A DNA stretch of 64,000 nt, from assembly GCA_963743305.1 (NCBI GenBank), contig CAVUPH010000016.1, positions 32,001 to 96,000 on the forward strand, given 5' to 3'. Positions 1 through 10,522 of this stretch are shown here, piece by piece. Positions within the stretch are counted from its first letter, which is position 1; every line of letters starts with the position of its first letter. Below the pieces are notes generated by a model. It made no database searches, was not told where the DNA came from, and saw only the letters and a list, made by a program, of their open reading frames with translations. The DNA comes from an uncultured delta proteobacterium (GTDB lineage: Bacteria; Desulfobacterota; RBG-13-43-22). A program made the translations under genes and the position numbers.

Positions 1-13
1 TGAAGGTGAACTG

Positions 14-589
14 GTGGAACTGAAATTTTTGCAGTTGCTTTATCTCTTTCAGCAATACGGCTACCTGATTATTTTTGTCGGCACCTTTTTTGAGGGGGAG
101 ACCACTTTGGTCCTGGGGGGATTGTTGGCCAACCAGGACTATTTAAATTTCTGGCTGGTGGTTGGGACGGCCGTTTCGGCTTCCTATATCGGCCACGTCG
201 TTTTTTATTTCTTCGGCAAGACCTCTTCCGTCTGGATTCTGGGAAGGTTTCCCGCCTTAAGAATCAAGATCGAACAGGCCGAATATTTTATTCGGCGCTA
301 TGAAACCCTGAGTCTGTTTATCACCCAGTATGTGTTCGGTATCCGTCTGGCCAGCGCCCTCAGTTTTGGAATTTTGGATATGAAGATTTCCAAATTCCTT
401 TCCCTCCAGCTCATCAGTTGCCTGGTCTGGGCGATACTCTTCGCCGCCTTGGGGTATTGGGTGGGCTCATCCTTGGATAGCCTGATCAGAAATATTGAGA
501 GGGCTCTGCTGGTTATTCTCTTCCTGGGAATCGCTTTCGCCTTTGCCGGCCGCAAGGTTTTCGAATATTGGTTTCGTCGGCGCCATTAG
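14..589 (+). CDS. DedA/VTT family membrane protein
   Basis: YGYLIIFVGTFFEGET motif, several TM segments, 'GIRLASALSFG' DedA-like C-terminal motif. Confidence 0.9.
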   Translation: MELKFLQLLYLFQQYGYLIIFVGTFFEGETTLVLGGLLANQDYLNFWLVVGTAVSASYIGHVVFYFFGKTSSVWILGRFPALRIKIEQAEYFIRRYETLSLFITQYVFGIRLASALSFGILDMKISKFLSLQLISCLVWAILFAALGYWVGSSLDSLIRNIERALLVILFLGIAFAFAGRKVFEYWFRRRH

Positions 590-646
590 AGTGTGATATA
601 ATAATAAATTAAGTTTGATTTTCTCCAAAAGGAAAGGCTAGCCGAT

Positions 647-2506
647 ATGGCGATAGAAAAAAAGACCCATTTTTCCATCTGGTATTTCGTCGGGGCCATG
701 CTCATCTTAATGGCTTTCCAGTCTTATTTTCTGAGTGACCAGGTGGGCCAGTTGCCTTACAACGAGTTCAAAAAACTGCTTAAAGCGAATCAGTTGAGCG
801 ATATCGTCATTAATGATGAGATCATCTCCGGAAAGGTAAAAACCGGAGGGCTGGAAGGGATCGTTTCACCCGAGACCGCCAAGATGTTGGGGAAGGAAAA
901 AGGCGAGCGGGCCTTCATTACCGCCAGGGTTCAGGACCCCGATCTAATAAAAGATCTGGAAAAGGAGGGGGTAAAATTCACCGGGCGGATTGAGAACAAA
1001 ATCGTAAAATTTTTTACCAACTGGATTCTGCCCATGCTCTTTTTCATCCTGGTCTGGGGCTTCCTGATGAAGCGGATGGGGGGAGCCAGCGGCGGCTTGA
1101 TGTCTATCGGGAAGAGCAAAGCCAAGATCTATATGGAAAAAGACATCCATATCCGCTTTGAAGACGTCGCCGGGATCGATGAAGCCAAGGAAGAACTGCA
1201 AGAAGTCATCGAATTTTTGAAAAACCCCCAGAAATTTCAGCGATTGGGCGGAAAGATTCCTAAGGGGGTCCTTTTAGTGGGGGCGCCGGGAACCGGCAAG
1301 ACCCTGTTGGCCAAGGCGGTGGCCGGCGAGGCCAACGTCCCTTTTTTCAGCCTGAGCGGTTCCGATTTTGTCGAGATGTTTGTGGGGGTGGGAGCGGCCC
1401 GGGTCAGGGACCTATTTACTCAAGCCCAGAACAAGGCCCCCTGCATCATCTTTATCGATGAACTGGATGCGCTGGGCAAGGCCCGGGGGATCAACCCCAT
1501 GGGCGGCCATGATGAACGGGAGCAAACCCTGAATCAATTGTTAGTGGAAATGGACGGTTTCACGACCGATAAGGGCGTGATCATCATGGCCGCCACCAAC
1601 CGGCCGGAAATCCTCGATCCCGCCCTGTTGCGGCCCGGACGTTTCGACCGTCATGTGATGATCGACAAGCCGGACGTCAACGGCCGGGAGGCCATCCTCA
1701 AGGTGCACAGCAAGGGGGTGACCCTGGGGCCGAATGTGGACCTGCAAAAGATTGCCGCCCGAACTCCGGGTTTTGTGGGAGCCGATCTGGCCAATATCGT
1801 CAATGAGGCCGCCTTGCTGGCCGCCCGTAAGGACAAGAGCCAGGTGGAGATGGGGGACTTCGACGAGGCCATCGACCGGGTAGTGGCCGGCCTGGAAAAG
1901 AAAAATCGCCGGATGAACGAAAAAGAAAAAGAGATTGTGGCCTATCATGAATCCGGGCATGCCATCGTAGCCGAAGTCCTGCCCAACGCCGATCCGGTCC
2001 ATAAGGTTTCCATCATTCCCCGGGGGGTGGCGGCCCTGGGCTACACCCAACAACTGCCGATCGAAGACCGTTACCTGATGACCAAGAAAGAATTGCTGGA
2101 CAAGATAAGCGTTTTGTTCGGAGGTCGTTTAGCCGAAGAAATCATCTTTCAGGAGGTCTCCACCGGGGCGCAGAATGACCTGATCCGGGCCACCGACATC
2201 GCGGAACGCATGGTTCGGGAATTCGGGATGAGCGATCTCGGGCTGGTGACCTTCGAAAAAGAACGGCGCCCCCTTTTCCTGGAAACCGGGCTGGGGTATG
2301 ATACCGGCCGGCAGGTGAGCGAAGAAACCGCCCGCGGTATTGACGGAGAGGTGAAAAAGATTATTGAGTTTTCCAGAAGCCAGACCCGGAAGATCCTGGA
2401 AGATCATCAGGCCCAGTTGAGGATCCTGGCCCAACGTTTATTAGAAAAAGAAGTGGTGGAAGGCGAAGAACTTCGTGAAATCCTCAAGGGTGAGGCAGTT
2501 GAATAA
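647..2506 (+). CDS. ftsH: ATP-dependent zinc metalloprotease FtsH
   Basis: Two N-terminal TMs, Walker [29 protein letters not shown], zinc motif HESGH. Confidence 0.98.
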   Translation: MAIEKKTHFSIWYFVGAMLILMAFQSYFLSDQVGQLPYNEFKKLLKANQLSDIVINDEIISGKVKTGGLEGIVSPETAKMLGKEKGERAFITARVQDPDLIKDLEKEGVKFTGRIENKIVKFFTNWILPMLFFILVWGFLMKRMGGASGGLMSIGKSKAKIYMEKDIHIRFEDVAGIDEAKEELQEVIEFLKNPQKFQRLGGKIPKGVLLVGAPGTGKTLLAKAVAGEANVPFFSLSGSDFVEMFVGVGAARVRDLFTQAQNKAPCIIFIDELDALGKARGINPMGGHDEREQTLNQLLVEMDGFTTDKGVIIMAATNRPEILDPALLRPGRFDRHVMIDKPDVNGREAILKVHSKGVTLGPNVDLQKIAARTPGFVGADLANIVNEAALLAARKDKSQVEMGDFDEAIDRVVAGLEKKNRRMNEKEKEIVAYHESGHAIVAEVLPNADPVHKVSIIPRGVAALGYTQQLPIEDRYLMTKKELLDKISVLFGGRLAEEIIFQEVSTGAQNDLIRATDIAERMVREFGMSDLGLVTFEKERRPLFLETGLGYDTGRQVSEETARGIDGEVKKIIEFSRSQTRKILEDHQAQLRILAQRLLEKEVVEGEELREILKGEAVE

Positions 2507-2564
2507 TTATCCGCTTCCAGAGGGGTCGGCTTTGGTCTGATTCTGGACTGCGCTGAAGGACGGC

Positions 2565-3626
2565 ATGATGATTTTTAGCCAGGAAAATCGCCTGTATTCC
2601 CTTTGGACCCGGTATAAATTTGTGCCGCTTCCTTGGAAGATCCTGCCGATTGTAGTTCTGCTGGCGGCGATTATGTCTTTGGATCATCACTGGATCCCCT
2701 CCGGTTCCATTCCCCTGGAGGTTATACACCGGCTCTATTATCTGCCGATCGTCCTCAGCGGCCTGCTTTTTGGGCTGTGGGGAGGCTTTTTCTCCGCCAC
2801 TCTCGTCAGCCTGTTATTTGTCCTTCATTGGCTGGGCGTACCTGATCTTTCCGCAAATCACTCCGGGTCCTGGGAGGAGATCGTCCTGTTTTACGCTTTT
2901 GGCCTGCTCATCGGGTTGCTGGTGGACCGGGAACGGATTGAGAGTCAGCGCCGTCAGGATCAGGAACATTTAGCCGTCCTGGGAGAAGCCGCCGCCACCG
3001 TGGCCCACGAATTAAAAAACCCGGTCATCACTATTGGAGCCAACATCCTGCGGATGCAGAAAAGGGCCGAGCCCGGCGACCCGACCTACGACCGTCTTGG
3101 CCTTATCTACCAGGAATGCCAGCGTGTTGAAATGCTGCTCAAGGATATGGTAAATTTTGCCCGGCCCATCGATTTAAGTTTTGGCCCTACGGATGTGAAT
3201 GACCTGGTTCGGAAGGTAATAGAAATGGTGATCCCCCAAGCCGAAAAAAAACGGGTTGAACTCAGCACCAACCTGGATGGGAACCTGCCGCTGGTCCTGA
3301 CGGATCAGACCCGGATGACCCAGGTATTCTATAATTTGATCATGAATGCCGTCCAGGCCTCTTCGCCGGAAGACCGTATCCTGATTCGAACGGAAAAGAA
3401 AAAGAACCAGATTAGTATTGAATTCGCGGACACCGGTTGCGGTATTCCCCCGGAATTGCAATCAAAGATTTTTGACCCCTTTTTTTCCACAAAAAAGGAC
3501 GGATCGGGCATGGGACTGGCTATTTCCAAAAGAATCGTGGACCTGCACCAGGGGAAGCTGTTTTGTCAAACCAATTCGCCCCAGGGGGCCATCTTTACTA
3601 TTTTCCTGCCTATCAAGAAAATTTAA
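2565..3626 (+). CDS. Membrane sensor histidine kinase (HisKA + HATPase)
   Basis: AHELKNP H-box, NLIMNAVQA N-box, DTGCGI, FSTK and GSGMGL boxes; N-terminal TM sensor region. Confidence 0.93.
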   Translation: MMIFSQENRLYSLWTRYKFVPLPWKILPIVVLLAAIMSLDHHWIPSGSIPLEVIHRLYYLPIVLSGLLFGLWGGFFSATLVSLLFVLHWLGVPDLSANHSGSWEEIVLFYAFGLLIGLLVDRERIESQRRQDQEHLAVLGEAAATVAHELKNPVITIGANILRMQKRAEPGDPTYDRLGLIYQECQRVEMLLKDMVNFARPIDLSFGPTDVNDLVRKVIEMVIPQAEKKRVELSTNLDGNLPLVLTDQTRMTQVFYNLIMNAVQASSPEDRILIRTEKKKNQISIEFADTGCGIPPELQSKIFDPFFSTKKDGSGMGLAISKRIVDLHQGKLFCQTNSPQGAIFTIFLPIKKI

Positions 3627-3722
3627 TTTGCCGGCCTACTTAACTTTTATAGACCCCCTTGGTCTATAGGACCAGGATGGACCGGAATGACTTCGGACTC
3701 TGGTTATAGAAAAGGAAGATTG

Positions 3723-4934
3723 ATGAAACGGATTGCGGTAACCATAGGATTAGTGGTGGTCTTGGGCGGGGCTTCATTGGCAGGCTATCGTTTTTATAAA
3801 AACGAAAACCAGAACCTTCAATACAAAACCGAAAAAGTGCAGAAAGGCTCTCTTTCCTCTCAAGTGATTGCCACCGGGACCGTCAATCCCGTAACTCTGG
3901 TTCAGGTGGGCAGCCAAGTCTCCGGGGCCATTATCAAACTCTTCGCCGACTTTAACTCCGTAGTCCGACAAGGACAGGTGATCGCCCAGATTGACCCCGC
4001 CCTGTTTCAGGCCAAGGTCGATCAGACGGAAGCCGACTTGAAGAACGCTCGGGCCTCATTGGAGAAAGAAAAGACTTCCCTGCTGGACAATCTCCGGACC
4101 CTTAATCGCTACAAAACCCTTTTTCAGTCCAATCTCGTTGCCCAAACGGATCTGGATCAGGCCCAGACCAAGTACGACCTATCGACCGCATCCGTCAAGA
4201 CGGCCCAGGCTCAAATTGAAACCGCCCAGGCCAATCTTTCTTCGGCCCGGACTAATTTGAACTACACGACCATCCGCTCCCCGGTCAACGGTACGGTGGT
4301 GGCCCGAAATGTGGATGTGGGTCAGACCGTGGCCGCCAGCCTCCAGGCCCCCACGCTCTTCACGATTGCCCAGGACTTAAAGGAGATGCAGGTCGATACC
4401 AATGTGGATGAAGCGGATATCGGCCGGGTGAAAGTAGGTCAGACCGCCACGTTTACAGTGGATTCCTACCCGGGGGAACCTTTTACCGCCCAAGTCTCTC
4501 AGGTCCGAAATGCCCCGACCACGGTCCAGAATGTGGTCACCTATGATGTGGTCCTCCGGGTAAAGAATTCGGAATTAAAGCTAAAGCCGGGGATGACGGC
4601 GAATGTTTCCCTGATCATCGAAGAGAAGGAAGACGTCCTTAAAATTCCCAATTCCGCCCTGCGCTTCAAACCGCCCCGGAAAGAGGGGGGAGCCCCTCTC
4701 GACGCCAAAAAACAGAAAAAAGGATCCGTGGTCTGGGTCCTGAGCGCGGAGAACAAACCGGTCCCTGTTTCGATAAAACCGGGAATAACGGATGGGCAGT
4801 TTACCGAGGTGGTCGGAGGTAAATTAAAAGAGGGGGATGCGGTGATCACCGAGCTCCTTCAAAATAATAAAAATGCCGAGGCCAAAGGATCGCAAAGGCC
4901 GCCCTCGGGTCCCGGGAGAGGAATGCGTTTTTAA
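3723..4934 (+). CDS. MacA-like periplasmic adaptor (membrane fusion protein)
   Basis: ATGTVNP..VQVGSQVSG and IRSPVNGTVV..GQTVAASLQAPTLF motifs; ATG at 3723 taken as start. Confidence 0.93.
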   Translation: MKRIAVTIGLVVVLGGASLAGYRFYKNENQNLQYKTEKVQKGSLSSQVIATGTVNPVTLVQVGSQVSGAIIKLFADFNSVVRQGQVIAQIDPALFQAKVDQTEADLKNARASLEKEKTSLLDNLRTLNRYKTLFQSNLVAQTDLDQAQTKYDLSTASVKTAQAQIETAQANLSSARTNLNYTTIRSPVNGTVVARNVDVGQTVAASLQAPTLFTIAQDLKEMQVDTNVDEADIGRVKVGQTATFTVDSYPGEPFTAQVSQVRNAPTTVQNVVTYDVVLRVKNSELKLKPGMTANVSLIIEEKEDVLKIPNSALRFKPPRKEGGAPLDAKKQKKGSVVWVLSAENKPVPVSIKPGITDGQFTEVVGGKLKEGDAVITELLQNNKNAEAKGSQRPPSGPGRGMRF

Positions 4935-4937
4935 GCT

Positions 4938-5705
4938 ATGCCGGAGAGTAAGAACGAAGTCAAAAGGCCGTTGATCGAAGTCCAGGACCTGGTCAAGATA
5001 TACAGCCTGGGGGATAATGAGATTAAGGCCTTGAACGGCGTCTCTCTTTCCATGGCCACCGGGGATTTTGTATCCATCATGGGTTCCTCCGGTTCGGGGA
5101 AATCCACGTTCATGAACGTGCTGGGTTGCCTCGATGTTCCGACCGCGGGATCTTATTTTCTGGATGGTATTGAAGTGGGTTCTCTTAAAAGGGATGAACT
5201 GGCCCATCTGCGCAATCAGAAAATCGGGTTCGTCTTCCAGGGCTTCAATCTCCTGTCTCGAACCTCGGCCATAGAAAACGTGGAACTGCCTCTCATCTAC
5301 GGCACTTTTCCTGCTCGGGAACGCCGCCAGAGAGCCCAGGAGGCCCTGGCGGCCGTGGGTTTGTCCGGGCGGGAGAACCACCACTCCAATCAGCTCTCCG
5401 GAGGCCAGCAGCAGCGCGTGGCCATTGCCCGGGCCTTGGTCAATAAGCCTTCCATTATCCTGGCCGACGAACCCACCGGAAACCTGGACACCAGAACCAG
5501 CCAGGAAATAATGCAACTCCTGACTCAATTGAATGAGGAACAGAACATGACGATCATTCTGGTGACCCACGAACCGGATATTTCCAACTTTACCCGGCGG
5601 ATCATCCATTTCAAGGACGGGATCGTGGTCAGCGATCGTCCTTTTCAACCCCTCCCCGGGGGCCGGACCGACTCTCCTCCCCCAGTCGAGAACCTAAACC
5701 CATGA
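4938..5705 (+). CDS. MacB/LolD-type ABC transporter ATP-binding subunit
   Basis: [34 protein letters not shown]. Confidence 0.95.
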   Translation: MPESKNEVKRPLIEVQDLVKIYSLGDNEIKALNGVSLSMATGDFVSIMGSSGSGKSTFMNVLGCLDVPTAGSYFLDGIEVGSLKRDELAHLRNQKIGFVFQGFNLLSRTSAIENVELPLIYGTFPARERRQRAQEALAAVGLSGRENHHSNQLSGGQQQRVAIARALVNKPSIILADEPTGNLDTRTSQEIMQLLTQLNEEQNMTIILVTHEPDISNFTRRIIHFKDGIVVSDRPFQPLPGGRTDSPPPVENLNP

Positions 5706-6927
5706 GACCTATTTCCAGCTTGAAGGTGGCCCTGAGGGCCTTACGCATCAATAAGATGCGTTCCTTTTTGACCATGCTCGGGATCATCATCGGGGTAGGG
5801 GCGGTGATCGTCATGGTGGCCATCGGCGCCGGGGCCAGTGAAATGATCGCCCAGCAGATTGCCAGTATGGGGTCCAATCTCTTAATAGTCCTTCCGGGAG
5901 CCACTACCTCCGGCGGGGCTCGGATGGGGGGGGAAGCGTCTCCACGTTGACTTCCGACGATGCCAAGGCCATTAAAGATGAATGCTCGGCCATCAAAAAC
6001 GTGGCCCCCGTCTGGGGCGGGGTTACCCAGGTGGTCTATGGAAATCAGAATTGGAATACCAGCGTTACCGGCACCACCCCCCCCTTCTTCGACATCCGGG
6101 AATGGCCGATAGCCACGGGCCGCATTTTTAACGAACAGGAGATCAGCGGGGCGGTCAAAGTGGCGGTTATCGGGCAGACGATCGTGGAAAATCTTTTTGG
6201 CGCTGAAAGTCCCTTGGGCCAGATTATCCGGATCAAAAAGGTGCCGTTTACGATCATCGGGGTCCTGTCCAGGAAAGGGCAATCCCCGCAGGGTCAAGAC
6301 CAGGACGACGCCGTCTATATCCCCCTGTCCACCTCCCAGAAAAAGGTCTTTGGAAGCAGTCTGCCCAAGACCGTTCGGATCATCCTGGTCCAGGCCGTGG
6401 ATCTGAGTCAAATGGCCGAGGCGGAAAAACAGGTCAATGAATTGTTGAACCAGCGGCACCGGACCCAACCCAATCAACTGCCGGATTTTACGGTCCGGAA
6501 TTTAACTGAAATCATGGCCACGGCCGAACAGTCGGCCAAGGTCATGTCCCTGCTCCTGGGCTCTATTGCCCTGGTCTCCCTTTTCGTGGGCGGCATCGGG
6601 ATTATGAACATCATGCTGGTTTCGGTAACGGAACGGACCCGGGAAATCGGGATCCGGATGGCGGTCGGCGCGCGGGGACGGGATATCCTTTTTCAATTTC
6701 TGACCGAGTCGATCCTCCTGAGCATGGTGGGGGGATTGATCGGAATTATTATCGGCGTTATCGGAGCCAAGGTGATGTCCTCCTTCACCGGATGGAATGT
6801 CCTTATTTCCTATTGGGCGTTATTGATTTCCTTTTCTTTCGCGGCGGCCGTGGGCATATTTTTCGGATTTTATCCGGCCCGCAAGGCATCGCGTCTGAAC
6901 CCGATCGACGCGTTGCGGTATGAGTAA
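5702..6927 (+). CDS. MacB-type ABC permease, split by a frameshift in the poly-G run near 5925-5933
   Basis: ORF 5702-5950 (RSFLTMLGIIIGV) joins ORF 5947-6927 (GGIGIMNIMLVSVTERTREIGIR ... PIDALRYE); junction lies in a homopolymer. Confidence 0.9.
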
Positions 6928-6972
6928 AGGCGCAGGGCGCAGAGCGGCAAGCGCAGAGCGTGAAGCGTTGAG
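6928..6972 (+). repeat. Degenerate heptamer tandem repeat (GCGCAGA/GCGCAGG-like)
   Basis: aaggcgcagggcgcagagcggcaagcgcagagcgtgaagcg directly after the permease stop. Confidence 0.55.
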
Positions 6973-7127
6973 CTTAGGATCTGTAAACAAATAACTTTGA
7001 CAAAGCGGCCCTGCAACCGTTCGCCCTGAGCTGCGAGCCTGTCGAGCAGTCGAAGGGTGAACGATACAGCCATGCTTCGACGGGCTCAGCATGAACGGAG
7101 ATATTAGCGGTATTGTACAGTTTATTT
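6973..7127 (+). repeat. ~155 bp dispersed REP-containing element, copy 1
   Basis: Near-identical reverse-complement copy at 18844-18996; internal palindrome cctgagc..gtcgaagg / cttcgac..gctcag. Confidence 0.9.
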
Positions 7128-7187
7128 TTGCTTCTGATTAGGGGTTTTCTTTTTCAGCCAAAGACTTCAATAATTTTTGGCCAGTTT

Positions 7188-7502
7188 TTAAACCAGGGCC
7201 ATCAGGAATCGGGAGGCGGGGATGACCCGAACCCCCGTACGGCGGTCCTCATAGTCTTCTTTCTCCTCCAGCGTCACCAGGAAGCACTGCTGTACTTTCA
7301 ATTTCTGCTTGTAATAATTCAGGGAAGTAAAATTCCTGTCGTTCTAGATTTTGCATTCCACCAGCAGCCAGGGCCGATCTTCCCATAGAATCAGGAAATC
7401 CACTTCCCGCTTCTCGAGATCCCGCAGGTAATAAAGCTCCACCCGGAAGCCCTGAATATCTTCACAGGTATGGCACCATTTCCGGTGGTTTATAAACACC
7501 AT
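7188..7502 (-). pseudogene. C-terminal remnant of an AAA_14/DUF4143 ATP-binding protein with an in-frame TAG
   Basis: Manual translation MVFINHRKWCHTCEDIQGFRVELYYLRDLEKREVDFLILWEDRPWLLVECKI*NDRNF...IPASRFLMALV; YLRD..KREVDF..VECK is typical of DUF4143; TAG at 7344-7346; ATPase part absent. Confidence 0.75.
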
Positions 7503-7690
7503 TTTTTCAGCCGAAAGGTGGTCAGATCGGCTGGCATCAAAGCGCTGGCACGTTGCCGGATGATCTGCGAACTGGCGGGATGGGATCGCGCGACCTTAGT
7601 TTCCTGCAGGCATAAGGATGGAGTCAATTGGGGCAGTGCGGTTGCGCCATTGGCGATGAACTAGTTACATGGTTATCTCAGGAAAGGTGA

Positions 7691-7858
7691 TTATTGATTC
7701 CTTTCCCTCGCATACTCCGATATATACGCCATGCCCACTAAAAAGACCGCTATCAGGACCGTGAAGAGCGAGAGACGATGAAAAAAGAACCGGCTCATGA
7801 GGACCGCCAGGCCGGCGCCGACCACCGCCCGAATGAGAAATTTCATCAAACCGGACAT
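7691..7858 (-). CDS. Small (55 aa) two-TM membrane protein, absent from the ORF track
   Basis: MSGLMKFLIRAVVGAGLAVLMSRFFFHRLSLFTVLIAVFLVGMAYISEYARERNQ; GGAAGGA RBS upstream; downstream of and co-directional with cinA. Confidence 0.7.
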   Translation of the reverse strand: MSGLMKFLIRAVVGAGLAVLMSRFFFHRLSLFTVLIAVFLVGMAYISEYARERNQ

Positions 7859-7908
7859 GATCCATTCCTTCCCATTAATACGAAAATAGAGGTTGATGGT
7901 TATTCCCG

Positions 7909-7951
7909 CCCCCTCAAAATCCCCCCTTTGGAAAAGGGGGGGTGTGGGGGA
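7909..7951. repeat. REP-like GC hairpin (cccccctttggaaaagggggg)
   Basis: Direct inspection; related C/G-run hairpins near 11800-11837, 28630-28668, 34425-34465 and 40422-40460. Confidence 0.6.
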
Positions 7952-7989
7952 TTTTCATGCTTCGGGGTGCCCGCCCCGGGTCTGGAGGG

Positions 7990-9198
7990 TTAAGACCTGA
8001 GTAGTATTTTCCGGAGCCAGTCCAGGGCCATGACCGTGACCCGATCGGCCAAAATGTCCGGGGGCCCGCCGATGGGGTGTTCATAGTATTCCGATCGGTG
8101 TCCCCGTGCGAAACTCAAATGCAATACCTGTCGGTCGGCGGTTTCCGCAACGAAAATTCCTAACCCGCAATCTGTTGCCAGCGCTTTCCTGATCGACCGG
8201 GCTAAAGGCAGCCCCGGGTTTTTTTGTGGTCCTCTTATTTTCAGGGGCCAGTCGGCCCAATGCTGGATGACCCAGCCACCCTTGATCCCGGGGCTCGGGG
8301 TGGCTTGTAGACGCTGAAAAATTCGTCCGTCGGTAAAGGCATCGGCTACCGCTAAGGTGAGACTCTGCTGTTCCAGTTCCCGGACCACGGTACCTTCCAG
8401 CGTTTCCTCGTCTTCCCCAAAAATGACTGGTCCCAACCGTTCCCGAATTTGATCGGCTACCGTCTGAATAAGTTTTTGCGTGGCTTCCCGGTTTTTGCCC
8501 CTGGCAGTCAGCCGGATTCGGATTTCTCCCGGAGAGGCTAAGAGGCCGATGATCGGGTTGGTGCTCTCCCGGATCAGGTCCCCGATCTGTTCATCCACCC
8601 GGCTTTCACCCAGGCCGCAGACCTTCAAGACCTTATATTCGATCAATCCCCGGGCCGTCCCCATTTTCTTTTGGAGAAAGGGGGCGATGGACTCCGACCA
8701 CATCCGTTTTAACTCGCGGGGCACCCCCGGGACGGTGATGATTAGATGCTCTTTTTCGGTTTCCAGGATAAACCCGGGGGCCGTACCGATCGGGTTGAGC
8801 AGGGTTTGGGCGCGGGCCGGGATATAGGCCTGCTTGCGGTTATTGGGGGCCATGACAAATCCCGCCAGATCGAAATATCCCTGGATAATCCGCAGCAACC
8901 GGGGATGGAAAACCAGTTTTCGACCGGTGATCCGGGCGATTACTTCCCGGGTCAGGTCGTCTTCGGTTGGGCCGATGCCTCCGGTAGTCATAACGATCCG
9001 GGAGCGTTTCAGTGCCCGGGACAGCACTTCGGCCATGCGCCGAGGTTCATCCCCCACCTGACTGGAATAGCGGACTTCAATCCCCAGTTCCTGAAACCGG
9101 GCGGCCAGATAGGAGGTGTTGGTATCGATGATCTGCCCCAGTAAAAGCTCAGAGCCGATGGCCACAATCTCGGCGGTCCAGTTTTTCGGCATGCGCAT
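7990..9198 (-). CDS. cinA: CinA-like protein (MoCF-binding domain plus degenerate PncC-like domain)
   Basis: IGSELLLGQIIDTN, TGGIGPTEDDLT, NPIGTAPG, PGVPREL, GLGES motifs. Confidence 0.9.
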   Translation of the reverse strand: MRMPKNWTAEIVAIGSELLLGQIIDTNTSYLAARFQELGIEVRYSSQVGDEPRRMAEVLSRALKRSRIVMTTGGIGPTEDDLTREVIARITGRKLVFHPRLLRIIQGYFDLAGFVMAPNNRKQAYIPARAQTLLNPIGTAPGFILETEKEHLIITVPGVPRELKRMWSESIAPFLQKKMGTARGLIEYKVLKVCGLGESRVDEQIGDLIRESTNPIIGLLASPGEIRIRLTARGKNREATQKLIQTVADQIRERLGPVIFGEDEETLEGTVVRELEQQSLTLAVADAFTDGRIFQRLQATPSPGIKGGWVIQHWADWPLKIRGPQKNPGLPLARSIRKALATDCGLGIFVAETADRQVLHLSFARGHRSEYYEHPIGGPPDILADRVTVMALDWLRKILLRS

Positions 9199-9279
9199 CC
9201 TCCATTTTTTGGATCAGCTTGCTGGAAGATCGAAGAAAAGTCAACCCCCCCGGTCCGGGATATCATTACTAGATGATTT

Positions 9280-9594
9280 GGTTATTCGCCCTTTGGGGTG
9301 GGTGGCCACAACCAAATGGTAGACTAACCTGGAATTGGGCCTCCGTGGCCGTCGGGTCTTGGCGAAAGGGTTTTCCATATTGTTTTTTAGATGTTAACCC
9401 GGCCCCCGTGTTATTAAATCTTCCCGGAGGCAGGGCCAGCCTGAGAGGCTTCAAAAGTCTTTGAGTTTGGGCCTACTTCAAATAAAATTAGTATGTTCGG
9501 CCCGGATTCGAAGTCCGAAGAACCTTTGGAAAACCCTTACGCCAAGACCCGACGGCCAGATCCAATAGGGGGGGTAGCCACCCCAAAGGGCGAA
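9280..9594 (+). repeat. Structured ~310 nt element, copy 1 (candidate ncRNA or MITE-like element)
   Basis: Inverted homologous copy at 12771-13040; 31-bp stem 9347-9377/9527-9557 and outer stem 9285-9301/9578-9594. Confidence 0.85.
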
Positions 9595-9711
9595 GCGCCA
9601 ATTATTTTTCTAAATTTTATACCAGACTTTCCGAAGAAACCCTTAGGGTGTATTATCTTCAAGGGATCTCTATCCCTGATTACATCGGTGTCCTAAAAGG
9701 AGGTTTTTTCA

Positions 9712-10497
9712 GTGAAAAAATGGATCAGGCAACTCGTACTGACTTTAGGAATCGGCTGCTTAGGATTGGGCCTGACAGCGGTAGCCGTATCGGCCCAGGG
9801 GGTGCCTTTGAGGGTTGGCATTACCCCGGATTATCCGCCGCTTATTTTTCGCCAGGGGGAGACGGTCACGGGCATCGAAGCGGACCTGGCCCGGAAACTC
9901 GGACAGGAGCTTAATAGGCCGGTAAGTCTGGTCACGCTGAAATGGGAGGAGCAGATCGACGCGCTCTTGGGGAAAAAGATCGATCTGATAATGTCCGGGA
10001 TGAGCATCACCCCCGTCCGGGAGATCCGGATCCGGTTTAGCGACCCCTACCTGAAAAGCGGCCTGCTGGCGGTCTTTAGGGCGGAGGATTCCAAGAAATA
10101 TGAAACCAAGGAGGGGCTGCTTAAAGGGATTGCGGTGGTTGCGGCCGCTCGCGATACCACCGGAGATGTTTTCTTAAAAAGGAACTTCCCCCGGACCACA
10201 CGGAAGGTCGTTCTCCCTAAGCCCGGGGACGCCGTCTATGAGTTAAAAAGGAGGTCCATTGATATTTTTATCCATGACGCCCCTTATATCCTCTGGATGG
10301 TTTCGCAAAACGAAGCCGATTTGACCGCCCTCTGGGAACCATTGAATCAGGAGTCCTTGGCCTGGGGGATCCGGAAAGATGATGAGACCCTCCTTACTCA
10401 AGTGAACGAGGCGCTCAAAAAATGGCGGGGGGACGGGACCCTGGAAGCGGTCCTCCTCAAATGGCTTCCGGGGAACTACTTGAATATCTTTAAATAG
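9712..10497 (+). CDS. Amino-acid ABC transporter substrate-binding protein (family 3), orphan
   Basis: Signal peptide, LRVGITPDYPPL, KIDLIMSGMSITPVR, AWGIRKDD; GGAGG RBS. Confidence 0.9.
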   Translation: MKKWIRQLVLTLGIGCLGLGLTAVAVSAQGVPLRVGITPDYPPLIFRQGETVTGIEADLARKLGQELNRPVSLVTLKWEEQIDALLGKKIDLIMSGMSITPVREIRIRFSDPYLKSGLLAVFRAEDSKKYETKEGLLKGIAVVAAARDTTGDVFLKRNFPRTTRKVVLPKPGDAVYELKRRSIDIFIHDAPYILWMVSQNEADLTALWEPLNQESLAWGIRKDDETLLTQVNEALKKWRGDGTLEAVLLKWLPGNYLNIFK

Positions 10498-10522
10498 TCT
10501 TATCAACCCGATCGGTTTCGCC

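Noticed and set aside
5920-5940. Poly-G phase variation or programmed frameshift in macB
   Set aside because: Similar indels occur in many genes in this window; assembly error is more parsimonious without reads.
7344-7346. In-frame TAG as pyrrolysine or readthrough
   Set aside because: The gene is 5'-truncated and no pyl genes are in the window; a nonsense mutation is simpler.
7665-7865. 66-aa ORF from the track
   Set aside because: The overlapping 55-aa frame (7691-7858) has a far more protein-like two-TM pattern.
9500-9520. tRNA suggested by a GGTTCGAA-like T-loop (also 12803-12820)
   Set aside because: No acceptor stem, D arm or anticodon arm at tRNA spacing; treated as part of the larger structured element.
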